From Candidatus Obscuribacterales bacterium (GTDB lineage Bacteria > Cyanobacteriota > Vampirovibrionia > Obscuribacterales > Obscuribacteraceae): DNA of 64,000 bases. The notes below the pieces were generated by a model. That model saw only the letters and a list, made by a program, of their open reading frames with translations. It did no database searches and had not been told where the DNA came from. The stretch is taken from the NCBI GenBank assembly GCA_965228855.1, contig CBDDIJ010000003.1, positions 3,648,001-3,712,000 on the forward strand, written 5' to 3'. Positions 9,388-18,464 of the stretch are shown piece by piece. The first letter of the stretch is position 1. Every line of letters begins with the position of its first letter. A program made the position numbers and the translations under genes.

Positions 9388-12300
9388 ATGTGGATCGTTC
9401 AGTTAGCACTCAGGCGCCCTTACACTTTCGTTGTTATGGCGATTATGATCTTGATCATGGGCGTATATTCAATCAGGAATATGCCGGTGGACGTATTCCC
9501 GGACATAGATATCCCAGTCATTAGCGTCATCTGGACTTACACAGGACTTCCGGCCGAGGAATTCGAGCGACGCCTTACGATGTACAGCGAATACGCTCTT
9601 TCCGCGAACGTTAAAGACGTAAAGTCGATGGAGTCTCAAACCCTGGATGGAGTCGGAGTAATTCGCCTGTATTTCCACCCTGGCGCGAACGTGGAGTCAG
9701 CCATGTCGCAGGCGACAGCTGTTTCCCAAGCAATTCTTCGCCGCATGCCGCCCGGTGTTCAACCGCCGATTATTCTGCGCTACACAGCGGCATCCGTTCC
9801 CATTATCCAGCTATCTTTGCGCAGTAACACCCTTAGCGAATCGGAACTATACGACTACGGGATATTTCGCATAAGGCAGGCACTAGCTGTGGTGCAGGGC
9901 ACCACTCTACCAGCTCCATACGGCGGTAAGGTCCGTCAGATCATGGTCGATATAGATCCAATGGCACTCCAGTCAAAAGGGCTCTCGCCACGCGATATCA
10001 ACGACGCAATCAATGCGCAAAACCTTGCATCGCCCTCGGGTAAGGCAAAAATCGGAGATACCGACTATCGCGTACTGTTAAACAACACTCCGGAAGTCGC
10101 GACAGCCATAGCCGACATTCCTATTAAGCAGGTGAACGGAAAGCTAGTATTCGTGCGCGATGTCGCGCACGTTCGAGACGGCTACGCAGTTCAACAAAAC
10201 ATTGTTCGCTCCGGAGGTGTGCGCTCAGTCCTCGTTACTCTATTGAAAAACGGCAAGACGTCCACATTGGACATTGTCAATCAAATCAAAAGCATGGTGC
10301 CGACTTTGCAAGCGGCAGCACCACCCGGAATGCACATAGAACAACTTTTCGACCAATCACTATTCGTCAAGGCCGCAGTAGACAACGTCGTGCATGAGGG
10401 GATTATCGCAGCATGCTTGACTGGCGCGATGATCTTGCTATTCCTAGGAAGCTGGCGCAGCACGCTGATCGTGCTCATCTCAATTCCATTGGCTATCCTC
10501 TCGTCGATCATGGCACTGAGCGCGCTCGGTATGTCATTGAACATCATGACACTCGGCGGATTGGCTCTCGCAATCGGTATTCTAGTCGACGACGCCACAG
10601 TCGAAATTGAAAACATTCACCGAAATATCGGACTTGGAAAAGATCTGCAAACGGCAATCCTCGACGGAGCTCAGCAGATCGCGGTGCCAACTTTTGTGGC
10701 AACCTCGGCCATTTGTATCGTGTTTATTCCCGTAGTCCTTCTCGATGGACCGGCGCGTTTTCTCTTCGTTCCATTCGCACTGGCCGTAGTATTTGCCGTG
10801 TTTTCCTCATACATATTGTCGAGAACGCTGGTACCAGTTATGGTGAAATACATTCTTGCCGGAGAATTGAATTCGCACGGCAATCATACGAAAAACCTAT
10901 TCGCTCGACTCCACGACGCCTTCAACGAGGGCTTCGAGCGATTCCGAGCCCTTTACTTAAACGGATTGCGTTTTTCCCTCGACGCGCCATGGGCAATTGT
11001 GGGACTTGCTTCGTTTGTACTACTTTCCAGTTTATGCCTGCTTCCGTTCGTTGGACGCGACTTCTTTCCTCTAGTTGATGCAGGTCAGTTCAGGCTGCAC
11101 GTCAAGGCTCCAAGCGGAACACGAGTCGAGAAAACAGAACAGGCATTCAGCGCAGTTGAAGCCGAAATTAGAAAGGTAATACCGCCGGAGGAAATAGAGC
11201 TTTTGATCGATAACATCGGTGTGCCCGCAGAAGCATTCAACATGGCGTTCGGCGACAGCGCGACGATTGGCACCGCCGATGGTGAGATCCTGGTATCACT
11301 CAAACACCATCGCAAGCATTCAACACCAGAGTATATGAAGTTAGTGCGGAATGCGCTGAATGAAAAATTTCCAAATCTTACCTTCTACTACCAACCGGCC
11401 GACATTGTCAATCAGATACTTAGCTTCGGCTTGCCCGCTCCCATCGACATTCGCGTAGCAGGCTACAACAAGCAGGAGAATCTCGCGATTGCGCACGAGA
11501 TCATCGAACGAGTAAAAAAAGTGCGGGGAGCCGCTGACGTTCATCTGCATCAAGAAGTCGACGCTCCGCAACTTAAGCTCAACGTGGACCGCTCACGAGC
11601 AGCTCGATTCGGCTTGTCGCAGAGAGACGTCAGCAATGACGTGCTCGTTTCGCTCTCTTCAAACACACAAGTTACACCGAACTACTGGATCGATCCGGCT
11701 ACAGGGGTTCAATACCTTGTGGGCATTCAGACGCCGCAATACAAGGTCGATTCCATAGATTCAATTTTGAGAACGCCGCTATCGACTAAAGGTCTCACCG
11801 ACAAAGCCGAACTGCTCGGCAACATTGCCACCATTGAGCGCGCGAAAGGCTTCGGAGTCGTAAATCACTTCAACATCCAGCCTGTATTCGACATCTACGC
11901 AAACGTGCAATCGAGAGATCTCGGCGGTGTTTCTCAGGACATTCAGAAAATAGTAGATGAATATAGACCGAGGATGAAGCCCGGAAATCAAATCATTGTG
12001 CGCGGTCTGGTAGAAAGCATGGACAGCGCGTTCTTCAAACTTGGTATCGGCTTTATCGGCGCAATTGTTTTCGTCTATCTGCTTATGGTTGTGAATTTCC
12101 AGAGTTGGCGAGATCCAATGATTATCATCATGGCGTTGCCCGGAGCGTTTGCAGGGATTGTCTGGATATTATTTCTCACCACCACCACATTCAACGTTCC
12201 CTCACTGATGGGCGCAATCATGAGTATCGGTGTCGCCACAGCAAACAGTATTCTCATGATCACCTTCGCAAACGAGCAGTTAGACGAAGGGCTGGATGTA

Positions 12301-12573
12301 CGGTCCGCCGCTCTGGAAGCAGGCAAAACAAGATTGCGGCCAGTCTTGATGACGGCGCTCGCGATGATAGTCGGTATGATTCCGATGTCTCTCGGTCTCG
12401 GTGAAGGCGGCGAACAGAACGCTCCGCTCGGGCGCGCCGTCATCGGTGGACTCTCACTGGCGACACTGTTCACTCTATTCTTCGTCCCGGTGGTGTTCTA
12501 TATGGTCCGCAACCGAAGACAGACGGTCGCGGCTGCACCTCTGCAAAATCAGCCAGAGCAGGCTCCGGTTTAA
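9388..12573 (+). CDS. RND efflux permease (AcrB/AcrD/AcrF family)
   Basis: Motifs MWIVQLALRRPYTF, PVDVFPDIDIPV, GILVDDATVEIENI, RLRPVLMTALA, NAPLGRAVIGGL; about 1060 aa. Confidence 0.95.
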   Translation: MWIVQLALRRPYTFVVMAIMILIMGVYSIRNMPVDVFPDIDIPVISVIWTYTGLPAEEFERRLTMYSEYALSANVKDVKSMESQTLDGVGVIRLYFHPGANVESAMSQATAVSQAILRRMPPGVQPPIILRYTAASVPIIQLSLRSNTLSESELYDYGIFRIRQALAVVQGTTLPAPYGGKVRQIMVDIDPMALQSKGLSPRDINDAINAQNLASPSGKAKIGDTDYRVLLNNTPEVATAIADIPIKQVNGKLVFVRDVAHVRDGYAVQQNIVRSGGVRSVLVTLLKNGKTSTLDIVNQIKSMVPTLQAAAPPGMHIEQLFDQSLFVKAAVDNVVHEGIIAACLTGAMILLFLGSWRSTLIVLISIPLAILSSIMALSALGMSLNIMTLGGLALAIGILVDDATVEIENIHRNIGLGKDLQTAILDGAQQIAVPTFVATSAICIVFIPVVLLDGPARFLFVPFALAVVFAVFSSYILSRTLVPVMVKYILAGELNSHGNHTKNLFARLHDAFNEGFERFRALYLNGLRFSLDAPWAIVGLASFVLLSSLCLLPFVGRDFFPLVDAGQFRLHVKAPSGTRVEKTEQAFSAVEAEIRKVIPPEEIELLIDNIGVPAEAFNMAFGDSATIGTADGEILVSLKHHRKHSTPEYMKLVRNALNEKFPNLTFYYQPADIVNQILSFGLPAPIDIRVAGYNKQENLAIAHEIIERVKKVRGAADVHLHQEVDAPQLKLNVDRSRAARFGLSQRDVSNDVLVSLSSNTQVTPNYWIDPATGVQYLVGIQTPQYKVDSIDSILRTPLSTKGLTDKAELLGNIATIERAKGFGVVNHFNIQPVFDIYANVQSRDLGGVSQDIQKIVDEYRPRMKPGNQIIVRGLVESMDSAFFKLGIGFIGAIVFVYLLMVVNFQSWRDPMIIIMALPGAFAGIVWILFLTTTTFNVPSLMGAIMSIGVATANSILMITFANEQLDEGLDVRSAALEAGKTRLRPVLMTALAMIVGMIPMSLGLGEGGEQNAPLGRAVIGGLSLATLFTLFFVPVVFYMVRNRRQTVAAAPLQNQPEQAPV

Positions 12574-12644
12574 TCCTTTACGCAGTCAGGCGCTTTGGCC
12601 AAACCTTGCATTCAGAAATTGAGTTTAAATTAGGCAAAAGGGCC

Positions 12645-12673
12645 TTGACGCATTAGACCGACCGGTCTATTCT
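12645..12673 (+). promoter_or_regulatory. Sigma70 promoter with a NemR-type TetR operator (copy 2, before the MFP gene)
   Basis: TTGACG (12645-12650), 17-nt spacer, TATTCT (12668-12673); TAGACCGACCGGTCTA at 12654-12669; 28/29 identical to copy 1. Confidence 0.85.
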
Positions 12674-12790
12674 ATTAGTATCGACGGAAAAACAGACAAC
12701 GCTTGAGGCACTTGTTGTGTTTCAGCCCATATTTTGCGTGCACCACCCACGGTGTCAGGCCGTTGTCTGCTGAATTTAGAGGTATCCTTC

Positions 12791-14326
12791 ATGATGACGG
12801 AACAAACAACAAAAGAGTCACCGCTAGCTAACAGAGACGAAGCTTGCGAAGGCGTTTGTTCGTCGCCGACTTCATTCAAGCCGTTGAGAATCGATTCTAG
12901 CGCGCCCCAGGACAGTTTTCACGCAACACGTCTGGATACAAGGTCGACCGCGAAATTGGCGACAGCGAACCTGGTAAAAAAGAAATCGAATGCATTTGCG
13001 CGGCTGATTGGCGCGTCCAGCCTTGTCATGGCAATGGCATTACCAATCGGCATAGTGCCTCGCATTTTTCAAAACCAGGAAATTGACAAAGCTCATGCCA
13101 GAGCGGAAGCGGAGGTACAAACGCCGGTTGTTTCTGTTTCAAAAACAGAATTGGCGTCGACGCAATTAAATTTGAGCTTGCCGGGCGCAATTGAAGCTAT
13201 CGTCGAGACGCCCATTTACGCTCGCACGAACGGCTACGTCAAACAACGCTATGCAGACATAGGCGATAGAGTAAAAACAGGACAGCTGTTGGCGGCCATC
13301 GAAACGCCAGAGGTCGATGAAAGTCAAAAGGAATCAGAAGCGCAAGTATTGACGAACATCGCTGGAAAGGCACAGAGCGAAGCCAATCGAGATCGAGCCA
13401 GGGCAGACCTTGCTAAAGCAATCGCGGACTTGTCCCAATCAAAAGCAAACTTGGTTCAGCTGGAAGCTGATGAGAAATTCGCACGAACGACATTCGCTCG
13501 TTGGCAGAAACTCGGCGCTGACGGCGCAGTTTCGCTACAAGACGTTGACGAAAAGGAAACGCGATTAAAAACTGCTCGCGCATCCAAGCAGGCTGGAATT
13601 GATCGAGTAAGCGGAGCAGAACAGGAAGTAGTAGCCGCGAGAGCCAGACTGAAAGCCGAACAAGCCAATGTGGATGTAAGTGCAGCCAACATAATTGCAG
13701 CGCAAGCGCGAGCAAATCGCTCTGCCTCTGAAAAAGGATTTCAAAACGTCACCAGTCCATTCGCCGGTGTAATCACCGAGCGCAACATCGATCAGGGCGC
13801 GCTTGTCTCATCGGGAAGCGACAGTTCTCGTCAACCGCTCTACAAATTGGCGCGCATCGACACCGCGAAGGTGTACGTAGATGTGCCACAGTACTCGGCT
13901 AAGGGCATCCGAGTTGGGCAACCGGTGAAGGTTTTTCTCAAGGAGTTTCCTGGAAAAACTTTCACCGGAACCGTTGCCCGCACGTCGGTTGCCCTCGACG
14001 CCACCGCTCGCACGCTGAGAACCGAGATACACATAGCGAACCGCGACTTGCTGCTTGTGCCCGGTATGTACGCAGACGTGACCTTTTCAGTACCTCGCTC
14101 TAGCGAAGTAGCGCTTGTCCCGTCCAATGCGCTGATCATGCGCGGAGAGGGACCACAGGTCATCACATTAACAAAAAACAACCGCGTGCACTATCGCCCC
14201 GTACAGCTCGGAGAGGACCTCGGCAAGCAAATTGAAGTGATCGCTGGTCTTCCAAAAGACTCGCTGGTAGTCGTGAATCCAATGGACACGCTCACAGAGG
14301 GAGCAACCGTAAAGGTGAACAAATAA
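12791..14326 (+). CDS. RND periplasmic adaptor (membrane fusion protein) with a long alpha-hairpin
   Basis: Motifs PIYARTNGYV..ADIGDRVKTGQLLA, VTSPFAGVITERNID.G, LVPGMYA. ATG 12791 follows GAGGT. Confidence 0.92.
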   Translation: MMTEQTTKESPLANRDEACEGVCSSPTSFKPLRIDSSAPQDSFHATRLDTRSTAKLATANLVKKKSNAFARLIGASSLVMAMALPIGIVPRIFQNQEIDKAHARAEAEVQTPVVSVSKTELASTQLNLSLPGAIEAIVETPIYARTNGYVKQRYADIGDRVKTGQLLAAIETPEVDESQKESEAQVLTNIAGKAQSEANRDRARADLAKAIADLSQSKANLVQLEADEKFARTTFARWQKLGADGAVSLQDVDEKETRLKTARASKQAGIDRVSGAEQEVVAARARLKAEQANVDVSAANIIAAQARANRSASEKGFQNVTSPFAGVITERNIDQGALVSSGSDSSRQPLYKLARIDTAKVYVDVPQYSAKGIRVGQPVKVFLKEFPGKTFTGTVARTSVALDATARTLRTEIHIANRDLLLVPGMYADVTFSVPRSSEVALVPSNALIMRGEGPQVITLTKNNRVHYRPVQLGEDLGKQIEVIAGLPKDSLVVVNPMDTLTEGATVKVNK

Positions 14327-14353
14327 GCACGGCGAAGCCACTCTCTTAATTCG

Positions 14354-14382
14354 TTGACAAGATCGATGAGCCGTTTTAGGCT
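14354..14382 (+). promoter_or_regulatory. Putative sigma70 promoter for the TetR gene
   Basis: TTGACA (14354-14359), 17-nt spacer, TAGGCT (14377-14382); no TAGACC-N4-GGTCTA box. Confidence 0.5.
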
Positions 14383-14409
14383 TTAGATGTAGTCAGCAAG
14401 GATATTTTT

Positions 14410-15009
14410 ATGAGCCCCAAAGTCGCAGCCAAACAAGAAACGCGCCAGGCGCTGTTAGAAGTCGGCATGGACATAATGCTCGAAAAGGGTTACACAAACA
14501 CGGGTATTCAGGAAATCCTGACTGCGCTCCAGGTGCCGAAAGGCTCTTTCTATCACTATTTCGACAGCAAAGAGAATTATGCCGTTGAAATCATTCGCCA
14601 CTTTGATGAAACATATTCGAGCACACTGCAGACAATTCTCAGAAATCAGAACAATACACCACTTCAGAGGCTGAAAGAGTATTGCCTGACGGGGAAATCG
14701 ATGATGGTTGCCCAGGAATGCCGCAAAGGATGCCTGATCGGAAATCTCAGCCAGGAGATGTCGGACCAGAGCGAAGTTCTCAGGACCGAGCTTTCCATCG
14801 TCATGCGCAAGTGGAGAGACCTGTTTGCGGCGTGTATCGACGAAGGTCAGCAGACAGGTGAGATACTCCCTGGTATTTCGGCTGACTCACTAGCTGAACT
14901 ATTCCTCTCCGGCTGGAGCGGTGCGGTCATGCGTGCAAAGACGGTTAAACAAATCGAGCCGATGGAAGTATTCATCGATTTGATGGTCGACAATCTGCTC
15001 AAAGCATAG
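14410..15009 (+). CDS. TetR-family regulator, NemR/YdhM-like
   Basis: HTH segment GYTNTGIQEIL...VPKGSFYHYFDSKE; C-terminal CRKGCLIGNLSQEMS and W.GAVMRAK. Confidence 0.9.
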   Translation: MSPKVAAKQETRQALLEVGMDIMLEKGYTNTGIQEILTALQVPKGSFYHYFDSKENYAVEIIRHFDETYSSTLQTILRNQNNTPLQRLKEYCLTGKSMMVAQECRKGCLIGNLSQEMSDQSEVLRTELSIVMRKWRDLFAACIDEGQQTGEILPGISADSLAELFLSGWSGAVMRAKTVKQIEPMEVFIDLMVDNLLKA

Positions 15010-15138
15010 AGGACGCTGAAGCACCATCGGTGGTGAACAGTACGGTGTAGCGCCGCCTCGAGTTCAAAATGCGACGGCGGCGGCTGTTTAAAAACTGCGC
15101 TAACTGCCACCATATATGGGGCAGCATGTACGCAGTAA

Positions 15139-15546
15139 TTAGTGCATCATCGAGCGAGTTACTTGCAGTTTAAAATCGAGATCTGTGCAGATTGGTTTCA
15201 GAATGGATGAAACGAAATGACGGACGAGATAGTCGTTATCCTGCAAGGTAATCGGTGATTCGGAGCCGATAAGACCAGAATCTCTCAAATAGAACACATA
15301 GGGTCTATCAGCGCTGCAAAAGAAGCGCAAGAAACCGGTCGTCGAATTGGCAGTAAAACGATACTCCTGCACTTCGTCTCCGGTGCGGCGGCGACCGTCG
15401 TCGGCAACTTGCCAACCATCGCGAAGTGACTTTGAAATCGCTGTGAGCAAATGCGGAAGTTTTTTCTTGTCGCCGTGAACGTAAATGTTCAGATACCGTG
15501 ATTGTGACATAGTGCCTGTGCCTGCTGAGAATAAAGCCTCTAACAA
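15139..15546 (-). CDS. Hypothetical protein
   Basis: 135-aa ORF; no recognised motif. Confidence 0.5.
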   Translation of the reverse strand: MLEALFSAGTGTMSQSRYLNIYVHGDKKKLPHLLTAISKSLRDGWQVADDGRRRTGDEVQEYRFTANSTTGFLRFFCSADRPYVFYLRDSGLIGSESPITLQDNDYLVRHFVSSILKPICTDLDFKLQVTRSMMH

Positions 15547-15628
15547 TATGAGAACACAAAACGCCTATGGAATGTATAAATCCGTGCCCTTTGTAACAAG
15601 GATTTGACTGTTGAAAATATTGTGAACA

Positions 15629-15763
15629 GGGGACTGCCAGCAGTTACAGGGCTACTGGAGCCCACTGGATGCGGCGAAAGCGGTTTACAGTCAGATATAA
15701 GCGCGGACTCAATGAAACCGGTATAAGGAAACGCCGCGCCCGTGACCACCTCCGGCTATCTCC
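15629..15763 (+). ncRNA. Candidate structured ncRNA with a 6S-RNA-like rod fold
   Basis: Intergenic. The two ends pair (GGGGA/TCTCC, GCC/GGC, GTTACAGGGC/GCCCGTGAC); internal GAGCCC/GGACTC and ACTG/CAGT stems; GC-GAAA-GC loop. Family and strand are not verified. Confidence 0.3.
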
Positions 15764-15896
15764 AACGAAAATGTGCGGCTTGCCGCCTAAAAGCCAGATT
15801 TGCTCTTGAAAAGCCTGCCTGGTTTTAGACGGCACATAGCCAGAAAGCACGCATAACGCGATACGATAGGTAAATCAGCCCAGGAGTCAGGGACCT

Positions 15897-16463
15897 ATGC
15901 AGCAGCCCTTTCAACAATCAATCGAGCAGAGCAGCGAGCTGCTGAACCAGCTCGACGCCGGTATAGTGGAACAGGAGGCAGCATCAAGACAGATCGCCGA
16001 CCTTCTTGCGGAACTTGCAACCGCTCGAGGGTTCTTTGTAGCCCTTCTGACAGGCGACTGGAGCTTCGATTGCCGGATTCCTGATATCGTCATCGATACC
16101 ATAAGAGCAAATCCTGAGCATGCCTTCAACCTTGTTGCCAAAAACCTGGTGATGTCGAGTGCCACTGCGGTCAGTCACAGGAAGTCCGGAGACCCGGTGC
16201 TTGAGAAGGGTTCTCAGCGAGTGGTAGACAGAAGTAGTGCTCTTATTATCGCGTTGAACGAGCCAGAGATGACGCAGGAAGTGGCAGATTTACTGACCGC
16301 AGTTGAGGACAGGTTGAAACATTCAACTACAACGGGCGGCAACGCAGGCACCTATGGCGCTTTCCTGGAACGCTGGTCATACAATGATGAGCAATTGCTT
16401 GTCGCATCGAATAACTTGAAAACAGTTATTGCACGCCTCGAGCCTTCGAAGCCAAAGCTGTAG
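15897..16463 (+). CDS. Conserved hypothetical protein resembling a cyanobacterial ARGFFV family
   Basis: Motifs ARGFFVALLT, LVAKNLVMS and Y.AFLERW.Y...Q, recognised from memory and not searched. Confidence 0.65.
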   Translation: MQQPFQQSIEQSSELLNQLDAGIVEQEAASRQIADLLAELATARGFFVALLTGDWSFDCRIPDIVIDTIRANPEHAFNLVAKNLVMSSATAVSHRKSGDPVLEKGSQRVVDRSSALIIALNEPEMTQEVADLLTAVEDRLKHSTTTGGNAGTYGAFLERWSYNDEQLLVASNNLKTVIARLEPSKPKL

Positions 16464-17376
16464 ATGCTTTAGACGCGCCGCCCGGAGACAGTGGATTGGC
16501 GATTACAAGGTCACTCTGCAACTGTACTTCCAATTGAACACCTGATGGAATCGAGATACAGCCGCCCTTGTTGGCTATGCCAGTGATTATAAAGCCACCT
16601 GGAAGCCCCTTCACGGCGCCGACAACACCCCCTTTAGCCCTCGTCAAAGCGTCTTCTTTGAGAACCGGTTTATCGAACGCATACTGCGGCTGAATCACGC
16701 CGGCGGTCCCGGAAAGAATCGGTCCGGTTATAAACTTGAATGGTCCTGTCGCCCAACTCACCGCAGAAATGGCGACGCCTTCGGCACCGTATTTAACACC
16801 ACTCCACTTTACACTTATTGCCCCATCTTTGTGAACACACAATTCGTGTTCGTCCTGTGGACCACGAACAGGTGTTCCAGGCGCGGGCCGGGCATCGATT
16901 GGCAATCTCGGAGAGCCATTTGACGGCTCCAGCGCGTTGAAGTGTATTTCGATTGCACCATTGGCGTTTAACCAATTCTTGGAGGTAACTTTTGACTTCA
17001 GCACATTACGCGGATTCTGAACATTAGACACCCAGCCTACGATTCGACTCCCTTTCGGCGCAATGTTTTTCCCTGACAAACTGATGTCTTCGATCAGCAT
17101 TCCCGTTATCGGCTGCCCAACTTTAATCGTCCGACTTGAAAGCGGCGTAACGAGCGTGACAGGGAACACTGACCCTGCCTTCAAAACAGAAACACCGCGC
17201 CCAAACTCGGGGATTAATTTCATCGAGCCCGGACTCATTGAAATCGGACCGCGGAGAGAATGCTCAGAATGATTCGCCTTCGCGCTCAAGAACGGACAAA
17301 GCGCAAAAACAAGTCCTAATGCGCCATGCAGGCAATAGGAAACTGGAAGCGAATGAGTTAATCGTTTCTCTGGCAC
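16426..17376 (-). CDS. Secreted protein with a TrbI/VirB10-like beta domain
   Basis: Signal peptide ending AKA; LKAGSVFPVTLVTPLSSRT.KVGQ, APKGSRIVG.V, IPSGVQLEVQL. Confidence 0.6.
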   Translation of the reverse strand: MPEKRLTHSLPVSYCLHGALGLVFALCPFLSAKANHSEHSLRGPISMSPGSMKLIPEFGRGVSVLKAGSVFPVTLVTPLSSRTIKVGQPITGMLIEDISLSGKNIAPKGSRIVGWVSNVQNPRNVLKSKVTSKNWLNANGAIEIHFNALEPSNGSPRLPIDARPAPGTPVRGPQDEHELCVHKDGAISVKWSGVKYGAEGVAISAVSWATGPFKFITGPILSGTAGVIQPQYAFDKPVLKEDALTRAKGGVVGAVKGLPGGFIITGIANKGGCISIPSGVQLEVQLQSDLVIANPLSPGGASKASTALASKARGVQ

Positions 17377-17678
17377 CTTTATCAGACACCACCCCTGATA
17401 TCACCTCATGGTATCACGGACGGGGCTTTTGTCCAGAAGGACTGTAGTCGCAGGAGTTATTCGCTGACAGTCAAAAACAGGCCCGGAAAATAGTTGGCTT
17501 TAGCTATGAGAGTTTCAACAAATGACGAAACGCGTCACAGAATTCGAATCGTTGCGAATTGTTCAGGGGGCGCTATCGTCGCAAATCAGAGCGATTTCTG
17601 CTTCCTTAGAGAAACGGCAGGAGACCCAGATTCGAGCTTGCTATTATATTATTGGCAGCATCGGAGTTGTAAACAACA

Positions 17679-18434
17679 TTGGGTCGGCTCAACACAATCA
17701 TCTTCGGCATCTACTTCTTCAGCACCAGCCTGTTCATGGTCAGCATTGCAGCGCTAGTCTGTTTCTTCACTGCTCCATTCGACCCTAATCGACGAATTCT
17801 TCACTACTTCGCGTCGTTCTGGGCGATGATTTATATTTACTCGAACCCATGGTGGCGCATAAGGTACGAAGGGCGGGAAAACATCGATCCGAGTAAAACC
17901 TATGTGCTGGTGGCAAATCACACATCATTCTGGGACATCTGGGTCTTGTACGGCTTGTACAAACCGTTCAAATGGGTATCGAAGGAAACCATCTTTAACG
18001 TCCCGTTCGTCGGGTTGAACATGCGACTCAACCAATATGTCGAAATCAAGCGCGGTGACTTGAAGAGCATTAAAGAGATGATGACGACCTGCAAGATGTG
18101 GCTCAACCGCGGCGCATCGATCATGCTTTTTCCAGAAGGCACACGTAGCGAAGACGGTGAGATACACCACTTTCGAGATGGTGCGTTCAGGCTTGCGGTC
18201 GACTGCAATGTGCCTGTTGTGCCGATTATCGTAAAAGGAACCTACGAGATTTTCCCGAAGGATTCAAAAGCTTTGAACTTCAAATCAGACATTGTTGTGC
18301 GTGTTTTGCAGCCTGTTCACCCTGACGAATTCGACCGTAGTTCCGGCTTGATGCGCAAGCACGTTCAGGAGCTGATTATGGAAAATTATGATGAGCTGCG
18401 CGGCAAAAAGAAGATTACCAGCGACAAACACTAA
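17679..18434 (+). CDS. plsC: 1-acyl-sn-glycerol-3-phosphate acyltransferase
   Basis: Motifs NHTSFWD (HX4D), FPEGTRS, PVVPI. Confidence 0.85.
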   Translation: MGRLNTIIFGIYFFSTSLFMVSIAALVCFFTAPFDPNRRILHYFASFWAMIYIYSNPWWRIRYEGRENIDPSKTYVLVANHTSFWDIWVLYGLYKPFKWVSKETIFNVPFVGLNMRLNQYVEIKRGDLKSIKEMMTTCKMWLNRGASIMLFPEGTRSEDGEIHHFRDGAFRLAVDCNVPVVPIIVKGTYEIFPKDSKALNFKSDIVVRVLQPVHPDEFDRSSGLMRKHVQELIMENYDELRGKKKITSDKH

Positions 18435-18464
18435 TCATCGGCGATTTGAATCACAGCCTATCAG

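Noticed and set aside
15630..15710. Cobalamin riboswitch (CCACTG and AGTCAG fragments)
   Set aside because: Lacks the GGGAA, GCCCCCGCAACTGT and AGACCTGCC core elements, and no B12-related gene lies downstream.
16426..17376. TrbI/VirB10-like gene as evidence of a conjugative element
   Set aside because: No other T4SS, relaxase or integrase genes in the window; stand-alone domains of this kind occur on chromosomes.
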